Below, piece after piece: positions 61,062 through 64,000 of a DNA stretch of 64,000 nucleotides; within the stretch, counting starts at the first letter, position 1; each line of letters starts with the position of its first letter. This DNA is from an uncultured Actinomycetes bacterium (GTDB lineage Bacteria; Actinomycetota; UBA4738; HRBIN12), in the NCBI GenBank assembly GCA_963821925.1, contig CAWGFO010000010.1, forward strand, positions 74,065-138,064. Reading direction: 5' to 3'. The notes below the pieces were generated by a model that searched no databases, was not told the origin of the DNA, and was given only the letters and a program-made list of their open reading frames with translations. The position numbers were made by a program, and so were the translations under genes.

Positions 61062-62132
61062 ATGAGCCCGTCGGTGCTGGTCGCGATGTCGGGCGGGGTC
61101 GATTCCTCGGTCGCCGCCTGCCTCCTGCAGGAGCAGGGGTACGAGGTGATCGGCTCGCACATGCGCCTGGTGCATCTCGACGGGGTCGAGCACGGGTGCT
61201 GCGGCCCGTCGGCCCGCCGAGATGCCGAGGCCGTGGCGCGCATCGCCGGGTTCCCTTTCGAGATCGCGGAGATGAGCGACGCGTTCGAGGCGGCGGTGAT
61301 CGACGATTTCGTGGCCGAGCACGAGGCCGGGCGTACCCCGAACCCGTGCGCGCGCTGTAACGGCGAGATCAAGTTCGGCGCGTTCCTCCGTCGGGCCGAC
61401 GAGCTCGGCGTCGACGTCGTCGCGACCGGCCACTACGTGCGGACCGAGCGCGACGACGCGGGCGTCTGGCATCTGCGGAAGGGCGCCGTCGCGAAGGACC
61501 AGAGCTACATGCTCCACATGCTCGGCCAGGAGGCGCTCGCCCGGTCTGTCTTCCCGGTGGGCGCGTTGCCGAAGGACGAGACGCGGCGGCTCGCCGCCGC
61601 GTTCGGCCTCCCGGTGGCGACCAAACCCGATTCCCAGGAGCTCTGCTTCGCCCCGAGCGGCGAGGCGGGCGCGTTCGTGCGCTCGCAGGCTCCGGCGCTC
61701 GTGCACGCCGGCGGCGAGGTCGTCGATCCCGAGGGGAACGTCCTCGCTCGTCACGACGGGACGTTCGCGTTCACGGTCGGGCAACGCCGCGGGCTCGGCG
61801 TGGCGCTCGGCGAGCCCGCCTACGTGGTCGATGTCGACGCGCCCACGAACCGCGTGACCATCGGCCCGGCGTCGCTGCTCGCACGCCGCGGGCTCGTGGC
61901 CGACCGCGTCTCGTGGGTGGCGGGCGCGTCCCCCTCCGACGACCCGTTCGAGGCGGCCGTGCGGATCCGCTACCGCGGCGAGGACGTCCCGGCGGTGATC
62001 GAGCCCACCCCGGACGGGTTCCGCGTCGAGTTCCGGGAGCCGCAGCGCGCGGTCGCCCCGGGCCAGTCCGCGGTGATCTACCGTTGCGGGGAGGTGCTCG
62101 GCGGCGGCCGGATCGTCGAGTCGCTACGCTGA
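61062..62132 (+). CDS. mnmA: tRNA-specific 2-thiouridylase
   Basis: PP-loop VAMSGGVDSSV and catalytic cysteines (NPCARCN). Confidence 0.9.
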   Translation: MSPSVLVAMSGGVDSSVAACLLQEQGYEVIGSHMRLVHLDGVEHGCCGPSARRDAEAVARIAGFPFEIAEMSDAFEAAVIDDFVAEHEAGRTPNPCARCNGEIKFGAFLRRADELGVDVVATGHYVRTERDDAGVWHLRKGAVAKDQSYMLHMLGQEALARSVFPVGALPKDETRRLAAAFGLPVATKPDSQELCFAPSGEAGAFVRSQAPALVHAGGEVVDPEGNVLARHDGTFAFTVGQRRGLGVALGEPAYVVDVDAPTNRVTIGPASLLARRGLVADRVSWVAGASPSDDPFEAAVRIRYRGEDVPAVIEPTPDGFRVEFREPQRAVAPGQSAVIYRCGEVLGGGRIVESLR

Positions 62133-62157
62133 GCCCTTCGGAACGGAGGAGGGGCTC

Positions 62158-62550
62158 ATGACGGATCATCCGAACGCCGCGATCGCCCGCACCGCGATCG
62201 AGGCCTTCAGCCGTGGCGACATGGCGGCGATGCTCGAGCTGGTCGACGACACCGTCGTCTGGCACGCGCCGGGGACGAACCGGTTCTCCGGGAAGTTCGA
62301 GGGCAAGGCCGCACTGATCGATCGGTTCACCCGGATGGCCGAGGCGGGCGTCGTCACCACCCTCGAGATCCACGACGTCGTGGGCAACGACGATCACGTG
62401 GTCGCCCTCGTGAACGCGACGGTCACGTCGGCCGACGGCCGGAGCTACCAGACCCCACAGGTCCAGGCGATGCACATCCGCGACGGACGGTGCATGGAGT
62501 TCTGGGGGATGAACCAGGACCAGGCCGCGATGGACGAGATCCTGGGCTAG
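62158..62550 (+). CDS. SnoaL/NTF2-like (ketosteroid-isomerase-fold) protein
   Basis: 130 aa with an NTF2-like alpha+beta cone pattern (AIEAFSRGDMAAMLELVDDTVVWH). GGAGGA RBS. Confidence 0.7.
   Translation: MTDHPNAAIARTAIEAFSRGDMAAMLELVDDTVVWHAPGTNRFSGKFEGKAALIDRFTRMAEAGVVTTLEIHDVVGNDDHVVALVNATVTSADGRSYQTPQVQAMHIRDGRCMEFWGMNQDQAAMDEILG

Positions 62551-64000
<1,450 letters not shown>

Noticed and set aside
59229-61784. Full 851-aa reading of the pabBC ORF, including 261 extra N-terminal codons
   Set aside because: The upstream extension has no homology and junk-like composition. The recognisable PabB begins at MIEARFDD. Long stop-free extensions are expected at this GC content.

Overview
This 64-kb window is high-GC (about 70%+ by eye) and looks like actinobacterial chromosome. 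Almost all of it is densely packed, often translationally coupled housekeeping genes. The backbone is the conserved actinobacterial cluster argS-lysA-hom-thrC-thrB-rho-rpmE-prfA-prmC-tsaC-wecA-atpIBEFHAGDC-murA, in the same order as M. tuberculosis Rv1292-Rv1315, with several lineage-specific insertions.

Main points:
- 5' of the backbone, on the minus strand, sits a PFOR (nifJ-type) / dihydroorotate-dehydrogenase-like operon, then an M20 peptidase, then the bacterial proteasome activator Bpa. Next come two tandem pdxH paralogues, a tRNA-Arg(CCG) and an orphan receiver gene coupled to argS.
- 3' of murA: CPBP and PrsW membrane proteases, an SCP2-ADH-SCP2 trio, meaB, a ZnuABC-type metal importer with a convergent Fur/Zur gene, an APH-family kinase, a fused pabB-pabC, mnmA and the start of ligA.
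- The most unusual element is a four-gene, stop/start-overlapping cassette inserted between thrB and rho: metallophosphoesterase, cyclic 2,3-diphosphoglycerate synthetase-like, 2-phosphoglycerate kinase-like, and a short transaldolase. This is the archaeal (Methanothermus-type) cDPG thermoprotectant pathway turning up in a bacterial housekeeping locus.
- Other notable points: a LysA-GNAT fusion, an AtpA with a roughly 60-aa C-terminal extension, a MurA with Asp in place of the fosfomycin-target Cys, and a 12-2-12 perfect palindrome next to zur.
- argS (twice), the transaldolase and possibly a membrane-protein gene carry single-nucleotide frame disruptions. This pattern looks more like homopolymer assembly indels than real pseudogenes.
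- I found no mobile elements, no CRISPR array and no rRNA genes. The many long R/G/A/P-rich ORFs in the six-frame track are GC-frame artefacts lying opposite or out of frame to real genes.
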